Assembly: GCA_051294905.1 (NCBI GenBank)
Contig: CM119379.1
Coordinates: 26,908,001-26,972,000 of the forward strand
DNA length: 64,000 bases
Source of the DNA: Botryllus schlosseri
Taxonomy: Eukaryota
Direction of reading: 5' to 3'
Positions within the stretch are counted from its first letter, which is position 1. The number at the start of each line of letters is the position of its first letter. The position numbers were made by a program, and so were the translations under genes. The notes beneath the pieces were generated by a model. The model ran no database searches, had not been told where the DNA came from, and was given only the letters and a program-made list of their open reading frames with translations. This document shows positions 10,210-24,182 of this stretch, piece by piece.

Positions 10210-13200
10210 AATAGCACCAACCCTGAACCGGAATTACAACTCAAACCCAAAATTGGCCCTTATCCGAAGCTGAGCACTCATCCTAACTTTAGCCCGCATA
10301 TTCAAGTGCTACTATTTGATGTTTTATTATTATTATGTCGCATGCGCAGATACCCCATCAATTTGTTTCGTTCTATGTATTGGTAGAACCGTGAACATGA
10401 ACATGAGCTGAACATATACACTATACAGCGACAATCCAATGCATCAACAGCAGTACTATTTTAGGACAGGCGAGCACCATATACGATCACAATCCGGATA
10501 GCGCATAAACCAAAGCGCGTGGATCATAGAACACAGGTTATAAATACAAAGGCACAAGAGTAAATAATGATTGGATCTAATTACTATAGTCTGCGATCAA
10601 GTACAACGCGATATTTTTCAAGCTTAAACGCAAGCTGCCTGTCTGACAGGAATAGATCGGCCGACGAGGCTTCATCTCGTCGAAGGCTAAATCCACAAAT
10701 CAAGATAACGTCGCCCATAGTTTCCGCATGAGACTTTATCTTGATTTATTAGATACGCTTTCCGGGGCCTAGCATGCTCTTGCGAATGGATCACGATCTC
10801 AACCGTACCACGCAACGTGAACTTCAATACAATTAAAGCGTTGACTTATAGAAACCGCATTGTAGATTGGTACACGCAATATGATGCTAACACCTCACAT
10901 TTTCGTTTTAAAACATCACAAAACTGCGATACAATGAAAAGATAGGAAGGTGTCGAAACAACTTGGAGTAGTCTGTAAGATCCTTGGCCTAACAACGGAA
11001 CTTGATCCAATATCTGAGTTTTCGCGAATGCAGTAATTCCAATTCTAATGTAATTTGGAAAACAAACTGCGTAGCTATAATTCTAATTTTAATCTAATTT
11101 GGAAAGAATCTTTGTAGCTGTAATTCTATTTCTAATCTAATTTGGAAAAGCTGAAAATAATAATAAAGGATATTATAGCGGGCATCGCTACTACGTGATG
11201 TTGTACGTCAAAAAATCCGGATTTGGCGTGTTTGTTTGGTACACTGGAGCACGGATTTCAATTTAAAGTGTATTGACAGACATTTCGAGATACTGCACTC
11301 GGCAAGCAAAATGTAGTCCTTTGTTATCGACATATTCAGTCCCGGTTACAAATTTCGTATTATTTCCGTTCGAAGCCATTCGCACGAGAGTGTACATCGT
11401 TTATCCGTATCTGTGACCCCACTATATTATTTCTATCTCTCTGCACACTATGCTCTTGTTATTCGTGCAAAAACTTGAGGTATTTTATTTGAACGCCAGC
11501 ACGCTAACCAGAACAAACACGAGATAGATTCTTGTCATGGTCATGGGCTGAAAAACAAGGCGCTGCTTCTTATACATCGTAGAAATATTACATAAGCAAC
11601 ATTGCACTGCCGCGTATATAACTATAGTTAACCGTTGAAATGAATGCGAATAGCCTCCGGTATCAGTCGCTAGTTTGTTGCAAAACAAATAATCTCGGGC
11701 GAAATAGAATCGCTTAGAACGCGCGGTCTAGCGCATCATCTTGATATGAATCGATAGAATCGTTAAGCTGCAAATTGCGAAGATAATCGTGACACGTCAA
11801 AGGACTCTTTACACTGAAATTGACTTACATTCTAAAAGGAAGCATCTCGCACCGCCATTCAATCGGAGAATTTATACCGCACGGAATTTATTGCATTCGC
11901 GAAGTACAATTCCCTTCTCGTGTGTGGCCTCCTATATATCACACTCGGACAACCATAGATAAATCTATATAGCTGTTTAATTAGTTGCTAATTTTAGTCT
12001 AATTTGTCGAAGGCTCCTTGTCAAATGTTCCTGTGCCCCAATTTTAATACTAATCTAATTTCTGGCATTCTTGAAACTGCTACAGGAGATAGTGTGCGTG
12101 CGAAACGAGCCAAGCTTGGCGTACGGACATTTGCCATCCTCGTGCTTATTTTTTCACATGAACCGAACTCGAATATTTTTGTATTTCTTTCTAGTTCGGA
12201 ATTTAAATCAATTTCCAAGATTTTTTTGGAATTCGGCATTTCTAGTCTGATAAAAACTGTGTAGCGATAATTCTAATCCTAATCTAATTTTGGACAAGCT
12301 GAAAATTTTCTATAGTCGTGCAACTCTGTCCTATACACGTAATCGATGTAGAGTGGGTTTAATCCAGACTGGTTGACAGGCACGCGTTGATTGTCTGTGA
12401 AACTATTCGGCACCATTGCTGTCAGCTGAAATAATATCGATATTTTGACGCTACACTGGGGGTTGTGGTTTACTAATCGGGCTTGGGCGGCCTTCAGGCG
12501 TAGCGATTTTCGCGGTAATTTTATCTTGACCAAAACCGCAGTGTTATGAAGAACGAGACAGTCGATGTTTATAATCCGTTCGTTTAGAGCACGCAACTAC
12601 CGGCTGTGTTTTTATTTTAGGAAACAAACGGTTATAACCACGTCGCCTTGAAACGATCCACGTTTAGATATTTGAATATTGTCACCTTACTGTAGATGGA
12701 AGTTAATAGTCAATAGATCGACGGCTCTTAACCTTTGCTAACACGGCGAACTTTACGCTAATCTGCAAATCCAAATTTTCGTCTACACACAAGAACAAAA
12801 ATGTACAGCATGACGCATCTCGTACAGAATACTGGTGCATAAAATGAACTGTGCGTCAACAACATTGTTAAAAGAGCAAAACCATTAAAATATGATACTC
12901 ACATAAAAAAGATGATAATGAATGTGTACTGCGAATCTGTGAGACTTCTGCAGTATTACTCGGGTGAGTGTCTTACGTCCAGAGAGCCCTAACCCTAACC
13001 CAAACCCACTGCTATAGATGAAATGCTCTCGACATGATCTATTGCATTTAACTTTGGCGGACTTCCCGTGCATGTACCTACACCTAGCTCATGATTTGTA
13101 TCCCGACTCGCGTGGCAGTTTCGCGCTTGTTTTGACAACAAATCACTGCGGGCTAGAAATCATACAGAGCATGACGTCACAATTATTTATACCTGATCCT

Positions 13201-15576
13201 GAATTCCGGGAAAGGTCGCAGACTCCAGTCTTGCGAGCTTAACTCGCGTTGAGTGCTGGTCTGATATCGAAGATATATCTAATCGCATTCATAAGGAGGT
13301 TTGGTCAAATTCAAGTTTACTTGTGGGACTTCGAGTCGACTATTACTCACTGTGATATCAGGAAAGATGTGGAAAAAATCTGCGCCTTCCACGAGAACAC
13401 AAAGAATATAATGCTATTTCTGCATCAGTAGCATCACAATAAAGATTGTTTATCACAATAAAGACTGTTTGATATTTCTTTGACCATGCCTATTTCATTG
13501 CACTTTGTGACAATGCCATGGGTTGACCACGACTTCACAGATATGTCATTTCCATTAAAGTATGTAGATTTGAATAGCCTAAAATTTCGTATGCCGCGAT
13601 ATGACCGATCCAGGTTGTAAGGATTCCACAGTGGAGAATAGTATTGAAACTATGATTATATATTGTTGAAAAATTAACTCTTACTGGCACGGACCGTGTC
13701 ATTTCAGCATACTAGAAACAATCATCAGTACTCGACTTGAATCATTAAAATTATTACTCGATTCAGATTCGAGTATTGTGCCCAACCCTTTTCATAGCAA
13801 ATCCCTGAGCCGTAATATTATAAAGGCTGATCCCAACCCAAAGCGACGAGATGTTCTCGCGAGACCGTAACGAAAATAAAGGACATTTCCGGGAAAGTAG
13901 AAAATATCGAAATTCCTGCGCATAAAACTGGTCTTATTTGGTGTGCGATTTTCGTAAAGAAAGTTTTCTTCTCTCTTGGCGTATATCCGTAAACTCACTC
14001 CATGCAAATACTTAGGCGAAACATAAGACACCCGTACCCATCCAGAAACACACGAAAATAACGAACTGCATCCAAAAATGGGGACACCTTTGTTATACAG
14101 TCGAAATGCGATTCTCTTGCTTATTTGCTCACATTTCACCCGATTGCATTTTTGTTCTGTATGTTATTGATTTGCACAGTTGACAAAAAATAATCACTCT
14201 CTTTCTCCCTCCGACAAGCGATTAAAGCGAGGAAAACACCATGACCTAAACAATGTGTTCCAATATCACCAAAGAATTATCAATTCAAATCTTTGTCGCA
14301 GTTTAGGATTCTCTAACGAAGACATGGGCATCGTGCGGCCCACGACGCGATTCTGAGCGGCACCCGAAATGTTCCTTGGAAATTAGACTATAAAATATAT
14401 TTAATAAAGTTGATACGTGAACAAAAACTATCGGCTGTACAAACTGGACCCGAAATGCGTTTACTTTGAAGTCTAGTTTGTTTTAGTACCGTGATTACGT
14501 AACCTGCACGCTGTATAAGTATAATCCAGGTTCAAAATAAAGCCAATATATCAAAGTATGTCGTAACAAATAAAGTTACAAGTCACTGTTTCCATATTCA
14601 AGTTCAAATCTCGTTTGTTTACAGGTCTGCGCTTTAAACTGTTATGTCACACGTTTCCAACTCCTAATTCGTAAAATAATACAATCAGTGCACGACTGCA
14701 GGTGATTAGCGATCATCCTCACTCACAAGCGATGTTATGTCAAGCAATGAAAGATGCGACTGATGAGGGCCGAATTTTTTACAAGATTTTGAGCACTGCA
14801 TATTTGTTTAATGAAGTCAGCTCTGCACCGGTCTTTTTAGCTCATGATGAGCACCGAGCGGGTCTCTGTGTTTAAAGCAATATAATTTGAGTCGGCATTA
14901 TGAGAAAAATCATGTAGGCTATAGTGAAATACAGGCAAAGCTCGGCTGATGTGGACCGGCTATTAGCAGCAATACTATTTTACCAAGGCCCTCGGAGATA
15001 GGGACGCATTCTAGTATTAACACATCCACCCCTGTTCTAACGTATAGGCTATATCGCTTACTGTTCAGAACTGAACAGCGCCGATGTCCGTATACAGCAG
15101 GGGTTCTTTTTAACCATGTGTGCCGGTTTAGAATACGGCATGCAGTATGAAATTATACGCTATTTATGCCTAGAATGTGTAACAATTTACTTTGGTATAT
15201 GTCCAGTCCATAGCTTGACCCAGCTATAGTCTCGCCCAAACTCTACTGATATATAAATATATATTGATGCATGTCTGAAGTGATATCATAATACCAAGGC
15301 CATTATGGCGGCGGTTATTGGCATGCTGAAGCTGTTTTGTCAGCGACGTTGCTACTGGTGCATTTGCAACCATAATTGAAAACGTAAATGAGAATGGAAT
15401 CGAGTAAATAGAGGATTAGTGTTGGTGGCGTGTTCAATTCTCATTGGGGCTGGCAGCTTCAGAACGCTTTGCGAAGAACCTGAAGGTATAGTTGCATATT
15501 CACTTGAAACTTTGAGTCGAAAATACTTGCCTGTTTTTGGTGTACGGCGTTCGAGTCAAGTATAGACACTTTAGGG

Positions 15577-15841
15577 CAGTGGTTCTCAAGCCTTTTTAGA
15601 CACGACCCCTTTCCCCTTATCGTGATATCACAAAATATCATAGAGAGAAATCAGAATGCTAGCAATCTCAACGGATAGTTTGATGGCAATGAAGGTTATG
15701 CCAGTTGATGAGAGAATTATTAAATATAAAATTCGGGCAGTAGAGAGCAATAATGATGAGGCGGAGGTAAATCGCGCGGAGCACGAAATTTTTTCTGGTA
15801 GCTGCGGCTTCGCCCCCCCCCCCTCAGATTGAGAACCACTG
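15577..15841. mobile_element. hAT (Buster-type) MITE
   Basis: cagtggttctcaa ... ttgagaaccactg; TSD ctttaggg/ttctaagg degenerate. Confidence 0.75.
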
Positions 15842-16170
15842 TTCTAAGGTATAACGAGTCTACTAAATAAAAAAAAACGTTGCTCGAGTCAAGTTATGGC
15901 TGGAGTTATCCCAACACTGCTTACATGACTCTTTACAATACATGTGTTCAACACGCCGACGCGTTGAGCTTAATTCATTATATTACAATGAAATTTACAT
16001 TTCTCTGCGATTTTAGACGGGGAACGCAAGAGTATTTCATGAAAAATGTGAGGGCACGAGCGCGAAAAAGGTTAGAAATCACTTCTCTAGATGTCTAATA
16101 TGTCTAGTTTATGCGAAATACCGATAATCGGATTCTATTCTAAATTGTGAAATACTTCTATGCTCTAAAT

Positions 16171-16502
16171 CAATGGTGTTCAAACTGGGTGGCGCGCCCC
16201 CCTTGGGGGCGTGGAAGTATCTGAAGAGGGGGCGCGAAGTCGCAGTCAACTGAATTTTTTTTTCGCGCCCTGTGCGATTTGCCTCTGTTTCCTAGTTATT
16301 GCACTGAGTCTATAGTCCGAATTTTATATCCGGGAACTCTCTCTTCAACAGCCATAACCTTTCATGCCACCAAACTAACCGTTGACGTTGCTAGCATTCT
16401 ATTTGCTCTTTTTAATATTTTGTGATATCACGATAAGGGGGGGGGGAGAAATTTTTCACTATGATAAAGAAGGGCGTGTCTTAAAAAGTTTGAGAACCGC
16501 TA
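16171..16502. mobile_element. hAT MITE nested in a family-B repeat
   Basis: caatggtgttcaaact ... agtttgagaaccgcta; perfect TSD CTCTAAAT. Confidence 0.85.
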
Positions 16503-17779
16503 CTCTAAATTAAATTCCAATCTGATGTGTAGTTTTCCTGAAAATGCTACAGGAGAGCTGTATAGTGCGAAACGAGCCAAGCTTGGTGTACAGACATTTG
16601 ATATAGTCTTGTGCTTATGAGAATTAAATCTAATTTTGTATGAGCTGGGCCTGATTCTTGTTGCGTTTCTTTCTGATTCGGAAATGAATTCAATTTACAA
16701 GATTTAACGAATTCAGTGATTCTAATTTTACTCTAATTCAGAAAAGCTGACAATTTTCTAGCAGTCAAACTGTTCTCTATCAACCTGCCGAATCAACATA
16801 ATCTGAATATATAGCGAGCCTCTTCTTCTGTAAATACAATCTCAAATCTGAACGAAGTATCAACTTCTTGCCAGCACTGATCTCGTGGTGTGTGCTTCAA
16901 GGAGACTGCTTTTCGTCCCTCCACTCTGCACGGTCGCCTTCGCAACAATAACCTTCATTTCTCGCGAAGATCAGAGGTCGACGCGCGCCATTTCTGTCGC
17001 GTCTGCCAAACCTTGAAAATGAAATTTCGCCGAATTCTCAAGTTCCGTCGTGGGAATTTTTATCTGCATTACGGACAACAAATGAAACGTTCGTTCATTG
17101 TCAGATTTCTACGCACTGCATACGAAAATCGGTTTATTCACCGTATTCCCATCATATGCTATTGGGTGCTAATCTGTACACTTTCTAAACTAGAGAACCG
17201 GAATTACCAATCCAACCATATTCAAGTTTTTCAAGTCTGCCAATTACACTCTTGGACTATATATCTCCATCAGGACTTGACTCACTTACACAAATTGGAA
17301 TGAGTGCAGAATTTGGTACCTGAAATGCACATTATACTTGATTTGTATCCTACGCACGGCCGGAAATTCAATTAATACACAGATTTTCGACCCTTGCATT
17401 CACAACGTGCGTAATGCTGACGTCACTACGCGGGTTATTGAATTACAAAGCCTTCCCAGCTACAAAGCAAAGTCTCATCTGAAATTTACGCAATCGTAAA
17501 CGGAGTGTCCTGGTTCTGAAACTCGATCGTGCGATTATATCTGGCTTAGCAGAAACATGAATTCTTATGTTCATAGCGCGTATCGCCAGTGTGGCTATTT
17601 TTAGGATCATAATTTTACTCGATATCTTTCTAGAACGGAAAACAGCCGTGAAGCGCATCTCGAGATGATTGTTTCCGCTAGGCTTGATGATTGATTTCGT
17701 AAAGGGGGTTATTTTGTGGACAACAGCTTATCTAGGCATCGTTACAATTAGATTCTGACCTATATCGGGTTTTTGAGTC

Positions 17780-17990
17780 GATTCCGATAAAATTAAAACG
17801 ATAACTAGCACCTTCGCCGATAAAACCGATATATTCAGCTGATAAAAAATATGGCATCTATAGCTCACATTTCCGAAACTTACAATCATTGGTGAGAACA
17901 GATTTGCAGCCATTGCCATGCTTGGGCATGTACATCAAATAAACTAGAAATGCCGCATCTGGGTGGACACCTTGAAGCTAATGTTGTCAG
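17780..17990. repeat. CCGATA-subterminal dispersed repeat
   Basis: Homologous to 52880-53110 and, in reverse, 51690-51830. Confidence 0.5.
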
Positions 17991-20236
17991 TACCGTAAGC
18001 ACTTCTACTTTTCAAAGTAAGTAGATAATAGCTGTTACTTCAGTGGATCACGTGGTTATGATTTTAAACTGTTTCTACTACAGCTCACAGATTTCAGTTT
18101 TTAGGCAGCGCTAGGGTTGGAACACTTACTTTTTACGACGTAACTCTACTTGAGTTGGCCTACCAACGATTGCTACCTTGACTACTTCTGCCTGTACGCT
18201 GTACGAAATAGATCGATATTTCCAGTGTAGCAGTCCCGCAATATAGTTCTCCGATTTCCTACTACCACATTGTCACAAGATCGACGATTTTTTTTATCGA
18301 TGTTCTTTCAAGGAGTGGTGCCGACTTGATATGATCGCGGTACAGGCGATGCTTAGTAATCGGTCTGTTCCTAGGCACAATACTGAACTGAACACTCGCT
18401 AATTTTGGCGTCGTCTCAACAAACTGAATGAAAAACCACAGCACGCAACCTGACAACTCAGTCAACGTAATATCAGTATATGCAACATTTCAGTCTGTAG
18501 AGTGTAGACTAAAATATAGTGCCTAAAATGCGACAGAGAAACAGCTGGTAATGCCGACACCTAGCGGTTCGTTGTTACGAAAAAATTTTCAGCACTTGCC
18601 GGCGTGATCAAAATCGAAATCTTGGGGATTCGATTCCGAATTGAAAAATAAGTTTCGATTAGAGTATTCTGTAGTAATAGATGTGTAATCTGCTAAATTA
18701 TTGTTTTGTCGCTCAGACAAAATTTGCGACGGGGTTCACCAGGTTACTAGGTTAAGAACCAGTTACCAGTGCTCTTCCATCGAACGTTTGCATGTTAAAT
18801 CGACAATTTACTGATCATTTCCGAAATATTACCTGATGTCGCAGAGTTCTTTCTGTCGTGTGGTAAATATTTGGAAATTTCTACTTGTCTGCATCTCCCT
18901 GAATATCCAAAAGATTTCGGAACGCGTTCGATTCGACACGATCTAAAATATAGGAACCGTGCATTGCCTATTCTTCGGAAGACCTTGAATGCGCCCCTAG
19001 AGTAATTTACAATTGGGTTCAAAATCACAGCATATGTTCTGTAATTTCGATAGTTCATTTTCAATCGTCTCTACCTTTAGAACCCTTACCAAGTCCTTAT
19101 CTACCGCAATTCCGTAATTTAGCAGTTTCGTTAGGGGGTCGGGATAATCCACGGACTGTGCGTATATCCACCAGTTCACTGTGAATAAAGAATATCATCA
19201 CAACTGGTCTAATCACTTATACGTTCGTCCATATGCAGGCCGTGTTATTTTTGGCATATGCCAAAACTGCCAAAAATAACTTATTTTTGGCATTTTTCGA
19301 TATTTATTTTTGGCAGTTTTGGCATCGTCCTCTAGTTAGATAGTTTCAGCCTTGAATTAGTAACAAAAACGCTTTATTCGGGCTAGTCTGTCCAAAGACA
19401 CCACAAAATGTGCAGCATCCACGTATAATCAGTGCCAACAAACAATAAGAAGAAGAAAAACCTAACGATTTCATAGGCCAATAATATCAAACGAAAAAAC
19501 AAAATGTGCAGTATCCATCGGAATCGGTGCCAATAAGCAAAAAAAAGCCTAACAAACACGCTCAACAGCTGATTGTTACAGCTGTTGAATAGACTTAAAT
19601 CGTTTGCACTGTAACAGTGCTTCCAAACTCGGGTCAGCTAAGTTTCTCTTAAATTCATTTCTCGCCCAGCGATTCTGGGAAATATCGGCTTCAACAATAG
19701 CCGTTTAGAGAAAGAATGTTGCCAGTGATCCACAAAAGGTTTTCAGAGCTTCAAAATCTTTGGAGGGCCGAACCGCCTTCCATGCATCATCAAAAGAGAT
19801 CACTTCGCCAGTGCCATCGGTCTCATCGCGGAAATAATTTTCTTAACGATCCTTTTCTAGGAGTTCCCTGTGTTGTCTCTCAACACATTCTATTTAGTTA
19901 GGCTTACCATACGTCCTCTTTTAAGAGGATTTGTCCTCTTTTTTGAAAGTGTCCTCGGAGGACGCCCTTTCGTCCTCTTTCTTGAGATTTTGTCCTCCTT
20001 TTTGAAAATTTAGGCCGATTTAGAGCGAATTGCGAGTGATATGCCGCATATTAGCACAGAAGTGAAGCTCCGGCGGGTATTTCGGAGTGAAAAACGGTGA
20101 TTTTAGCTCTGGGCGAAAATATGACCTTTTTTTTAGTCATCCACCTGGCAATGTGCAGTAAAAAACGTTATATTTTGAGCTCTGAGCAGAAGTGATGACC
20201 CTTTTTTTTAGTCAACCGATCACAAAGTAGGAAAAA

Positions 20237-21240
20237 AACGTGCGACATGATTAAGATAAAGGCCCTATCGCGTATCGAAGAACGGGAGAGTTCTGGCATC
20301 AATACGCGGCATACCAACTGGGCTCGAAGATAAAAGAAATAAACCCAGGAATATACGATAATAGTATGCCACATAAGGGAAACCCAGACGAGAACTGGAA
20401 GAAACTAGTTGCGATGAACAGAAGATTGAAATGGAACACAGAGCAATGGAAAGACACAAATTTTAAGGAGCTATATACAGAATTGAATAGGACATATGAA
20501 AAGAAAATAGACGATACCATGGTTAAAAATTGGAACGCTATACAAGGTTCTAAGAGAGGATCAAATTCAAAACTTACTAACAAAGAAAAGATTATCAACT
20601 ACCGACTGTGCAATAACGGATATATTTTTGGCAAGCAAAAAGATCAAAGAAACATGCATGGGGAGAAAGATAAATGGGAGAAGAGAATTAACTAACTGCA
20701 AATTCTGCAAAACAAAAGAAGACACAATCACGCATGTATTCACCACATGCGATATTACGCAACAGGTCTTCAATGTTATTAAAGAAAGATTGGAATGGAC
20801 TCCAAGGAAGGAAGAAATTATATACACCAAAAAAAGAAGAAGTCAGAATGACATACTGATGGTATCGATCTTTAAATCAACGATATTGAAATGGAAGCAA
20901 TATCAAGACGCGAAGAACGATTACATCGAAAACGGACGAAATTGGAGAAGAACGATGGCGTTGAAAATATTAAATAAAACAAAAAAAAGAGTAGAAATTT
21001 TTACATCCGGACCAAGATGAAGCAACGGGACGACGGAGGAATGACGAGAACGGGTGGCGACGATGATGAGAATGAACGATGCTGGATGATGATGCTGGAC
21101 GATGACGACGAAGGATCCAAAGGAAAGAAATTGAATTTACACCCTTTTTGTGTTTATGCAAATTTTACTCGACTTTATTGTACTGAAATTTTGATATAAG
21201 AAATAAATATATGGGTGACCAAGGTCACCACGATAAAAAA
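20237..21240 (+). mobile_element. 5'-truncated non-LTR retrotransposon (L1/Tx1-type)
   Basis: 13-bp TSD AAAGTAGGAAAAA (20224-20236, 21241-21253); AATAAA at 21202; A-rich tail; purine-rich sense strand. Confidence 0.85.
20255..21020 (+). pseudogene. LINE ORF2 C-terminal region with CCHC zinc knuckle, frameshifted
   Basis: ORFs 20366-20695 and 20628-21020 overlap via a frameshift; CKFCKTKEDTITHVFTTC = CX2CX8HX4C. Confidence 0.8.
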
Positions 21241-23248
21241 AAAGTAGGAAAAATTGAGAATTTTACTCCGGTTTTGCAAGTTGCAAATTTCTGAAAGTGT
21301 CCTCTTTTTTGATTTCCAAGATATGGTAAGCCTAATTTAGTAGCCCGGCTATCATTTCTCCTTCAGTCTACCGATATATTTTCGGATGACTTTTGTCACT
21401 TCAGCTGGCTTTAATATTACCAACTCGCATGGAAGAGTCCTGGGAAGGTTAGCTTGTTTAAGAACATTGACGCAATAAGACTGTCTGGCAAAACGAGACT
21501 ATGCAGCTCAGAAATAGCCAGACAGTTTATTGCGTCACAATGTTCAACTCGATCAAAAGGCAAAAATCATGGTCGATTTTGGGGGTTCCAGTTCCATGAG
21601 CAGAATATAATTTATATTTTATTAATCAGTAGGCCTACTGCGGCAGCTTCTCATTGATACCCGTTTTATCAAATTTGCGCTCGACAAGCCGGTAAAAAAT
21701 GGTCGTAAAATTGCCTTTGGACAAATTTAAAGTACGACGTAAACCAAATGCAGTCAGCCGTTCAATCTCGCTGTGCCCACATCATTTAGGACACCATGCT
21801 TTAGCCCCTAATGGGTGGGTTTGACCCAGATTAAGAAACCTGTCCTTTACAAACGCTTTTTTCGCTTGTAACGCGGTCCTGTTAACACAACACCATGAAC
21901 AAAATACACTATTTGGCAGGCCGTGTTATTTTTGGCATAAGCCAAAAATTGCTTATTTTTGGCATTTTCAAATTTTTATTTTTGGCAGTTTTGGCATCTG
22001 GCTCTTGAAATGCCAAAAATAACACGGCCTGTCCATATGTGTGTGACATAACAACGGAGACTCAGTACAACCAGGCTGCACAATATTTGGATGACCCGTT
22101 GCTTTCACGGGTAACACTATACGGCGAGGGGCTCTCAAACTGGGGTTTATGGAGCCATTTGGACTTGACTGGTTTCATGAGTGCATTGAACGCTAATGTC
22201 GAAGGTGCCATTATAAAACGACACATTATATGTGAGATCGCAGCTCATTTTTGACTACCGTGTTTTCTGTATGTCTTATATTCAAGTTTCAATACTGGTC
22301 ACAATAGCCACTATTGCACTCGAATGAGAAAGTGACGAGGGCCGGACAAGAGTCATTAGCTTCCCGAATCCCACAGCCGAACATGTGCATGAGCGATGTG
22401 CACCTATTCACTCTGATCAAGGTTTACCATCATCTATTATGCGAACATTCAACACTTTGTTAAACGAAACTTTGTTTGTCCTAAGTAACAAAGAGTAAGT
22501 TATCCAGGCGTAGGGTTGTGCCTGTTAACCTGAAAACTGTGGAGAACGTGGTCTAAAAACACAGCGACTTGAGTTAGTAGTGTAATCAGACAATGCATAG
22601 TTGAGTAGGCTGCTGTGACAAAATAGAAATAGTTTTAGCATTAACATTAAAAAGTACGTTTAATGTTCTAAATTCCAAACAAATTTTCGCGGGCCGGTCA
22701 GAATCGCGTCGCTTGAGATTGAGTCGGAATTTTACCTTCGAGTCCTGAGAAGTCAATGTTTCGAAATGACCCAAGTCAAGTAGGCCTATGTTATGCCATG
22801 ACTCTGCTCGAACCCACTGGTCAAGGAATGGATTCGAGCCGACTCAAGTCATTTTGTTATCCAGGCATGCCACGTACAATCCATTTATGATAATAGAAGG
22901 ACGTATGGTGCATATGCGTAAGATACAGCAACGAACATATAAGCTCCAATCAGCACCGCGACTTCAACGGCGTTAGACGAATAGAATCGATATCGTCAGT
23001 CGAAATAATGCTAATTTCCTGGATTTTGAAGTTCGGCACTGAATTTATCTTTCTGCAACATGCCCCAGAGTTGCCAACTGCAAGATTGCTCTTGGTGCCA
23101 ATTTTTTCGTGAAATAGTACCTCTGAAACATTGCCAAGTTATCATTTTAATTCGAAATATCCCTTTCAACAGTTCAATTAAGCTGCAGAAGGAAGATCGT
23201 ACGACGTACGTCTTTGTGGAATTCATTTTTTCAAATAGGGCCGTCCAG

Positions 23249-23525
23249 TTGTTGTTTGTGGTACTCGTGGAGATTTTCAATTATACCCTGGTCATTTACA
23301 CCAAGCCGATATTCATTGTTATGATTCCCCTTGCTGCCGACTGATAGCACGGCCCACTTTTAGGCTTTTTTAAGACACCGCTTACGTGGATAAGATGGAG
23401 AGGAGGAGCTTAGATATATGCCTCTAACGCTTGGGAAGGGATTCTGTCGTCGGTATTGGTCGAACTCAAGCCCGCAACCTATTGATGTTGCATCTGCGGT
23501 TCATACTACTATACGCTATATCTCA
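23249..23525 (-). mobile_element. tRNA-derived SINE, 1.1 kb downstream of the COUP-TF stop
   Basis: Colinear with 45580-45834 including the head tatagcgtatagtagtatg. Confidence 0.75.
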
Positions 23526-24182
23526 CCGTCAAATTAAATTACCCACAATTACCCGCCAAATCGGTACGAAGACATGGCAACGATTCATAGAACGTGAGGC
23601 ACCAATATGTTTTCATAATCATATTTTAAACAACCTCAAATACTTCCTTAGGTGCACGAGTAAACAGAACTTGTTACTGATCGTATATACTGAAAGCAAG
23701 TTTCCACTGATATTCCCTACAACTCGTTCTCGTGTCATGAACTCGATTGCGAAAGAGAAAATTTATTCAGAGATTTGCTTTGGTTGTTCTGTCATCACTC
23801 AAAAACGACCTACATTTTTAAATACGAGGTATGGCCAAATCGAAGTGGAATAGGGCATGTGACGTCACCGTGCAATTCATAACTATACTGTAGAATAGAT
23901 AGTAACAATAAAATAACATGTTCCCTTCGTATCAGAAAGGAAAATTTTCAGGCTCAAATCAACGGAAGGGATATCACGAATAAGCGTGACCAGTGCGCTT
24001 TGTTGTAGTTTGAAATATTTGGCGCGAAATCGTAAAACGAAAACAAAAAGTGCGACAAAAACACTGGAATCGATCTTAAATCTCTGGCAGTAAAACGCGA
24101 CAAAAAACTTGTATGATGTTACTATGTCGTCAACGCTACATCTTCAACTGAAAAATTGCCACTTTTGAAAATAATAATCATT

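Larger units (their letters stand above)
19899..21334. mobile_element. hAT MITE (gaggac/gtcctc family G) inserted in the transposase relic and carrying a LINE
   Basis: TIRs taggcttaccata / tatggtaagccta; flanking direct repeat ATTTAGT; LINE-free relatives at 52388, 56382, 61500 and 8950. Confidence 0.85.
19575..21480 (-). pseudogene. Degenerate hAT transposase C-terminus, split by the 19899-21334 insertion (pieces ~21342-21480 and 19575-19890)
   Basis: LPRTLPCELVILKP...RLKEK** ...FDDAWK...FEALKTFCGSLATFFL*TAIVEADISQNRWARNEFKRNLADPSLEALLQCK; resembles a hAT dimerisation domain; in-frame stops. Confidence 0.7.
19236..22031 (-). mobile_element. 2.8-kb hAT transposon relic (outer element of a three-level nest)
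   Basis: 22-bp TIR caggccgtgttatttttggcat / atgccaaaaataacacggcctg; perfect TSD TCCATATG; internal transposase relic. Confidence 0.88.

Noticed and set aside
12060-12135. Family-B motif ctgaaaa...cgaaacgagccaagcttggcgta resembling a hammerhead
   Set aside because: G8 absent, no helix I complement; the element has DNA-transposon TIRs
14757-14790. CTGATGAgggccGAAT hammerhead-like string
   Set aside because: A15.1 missing, no UH site and no helix I partner
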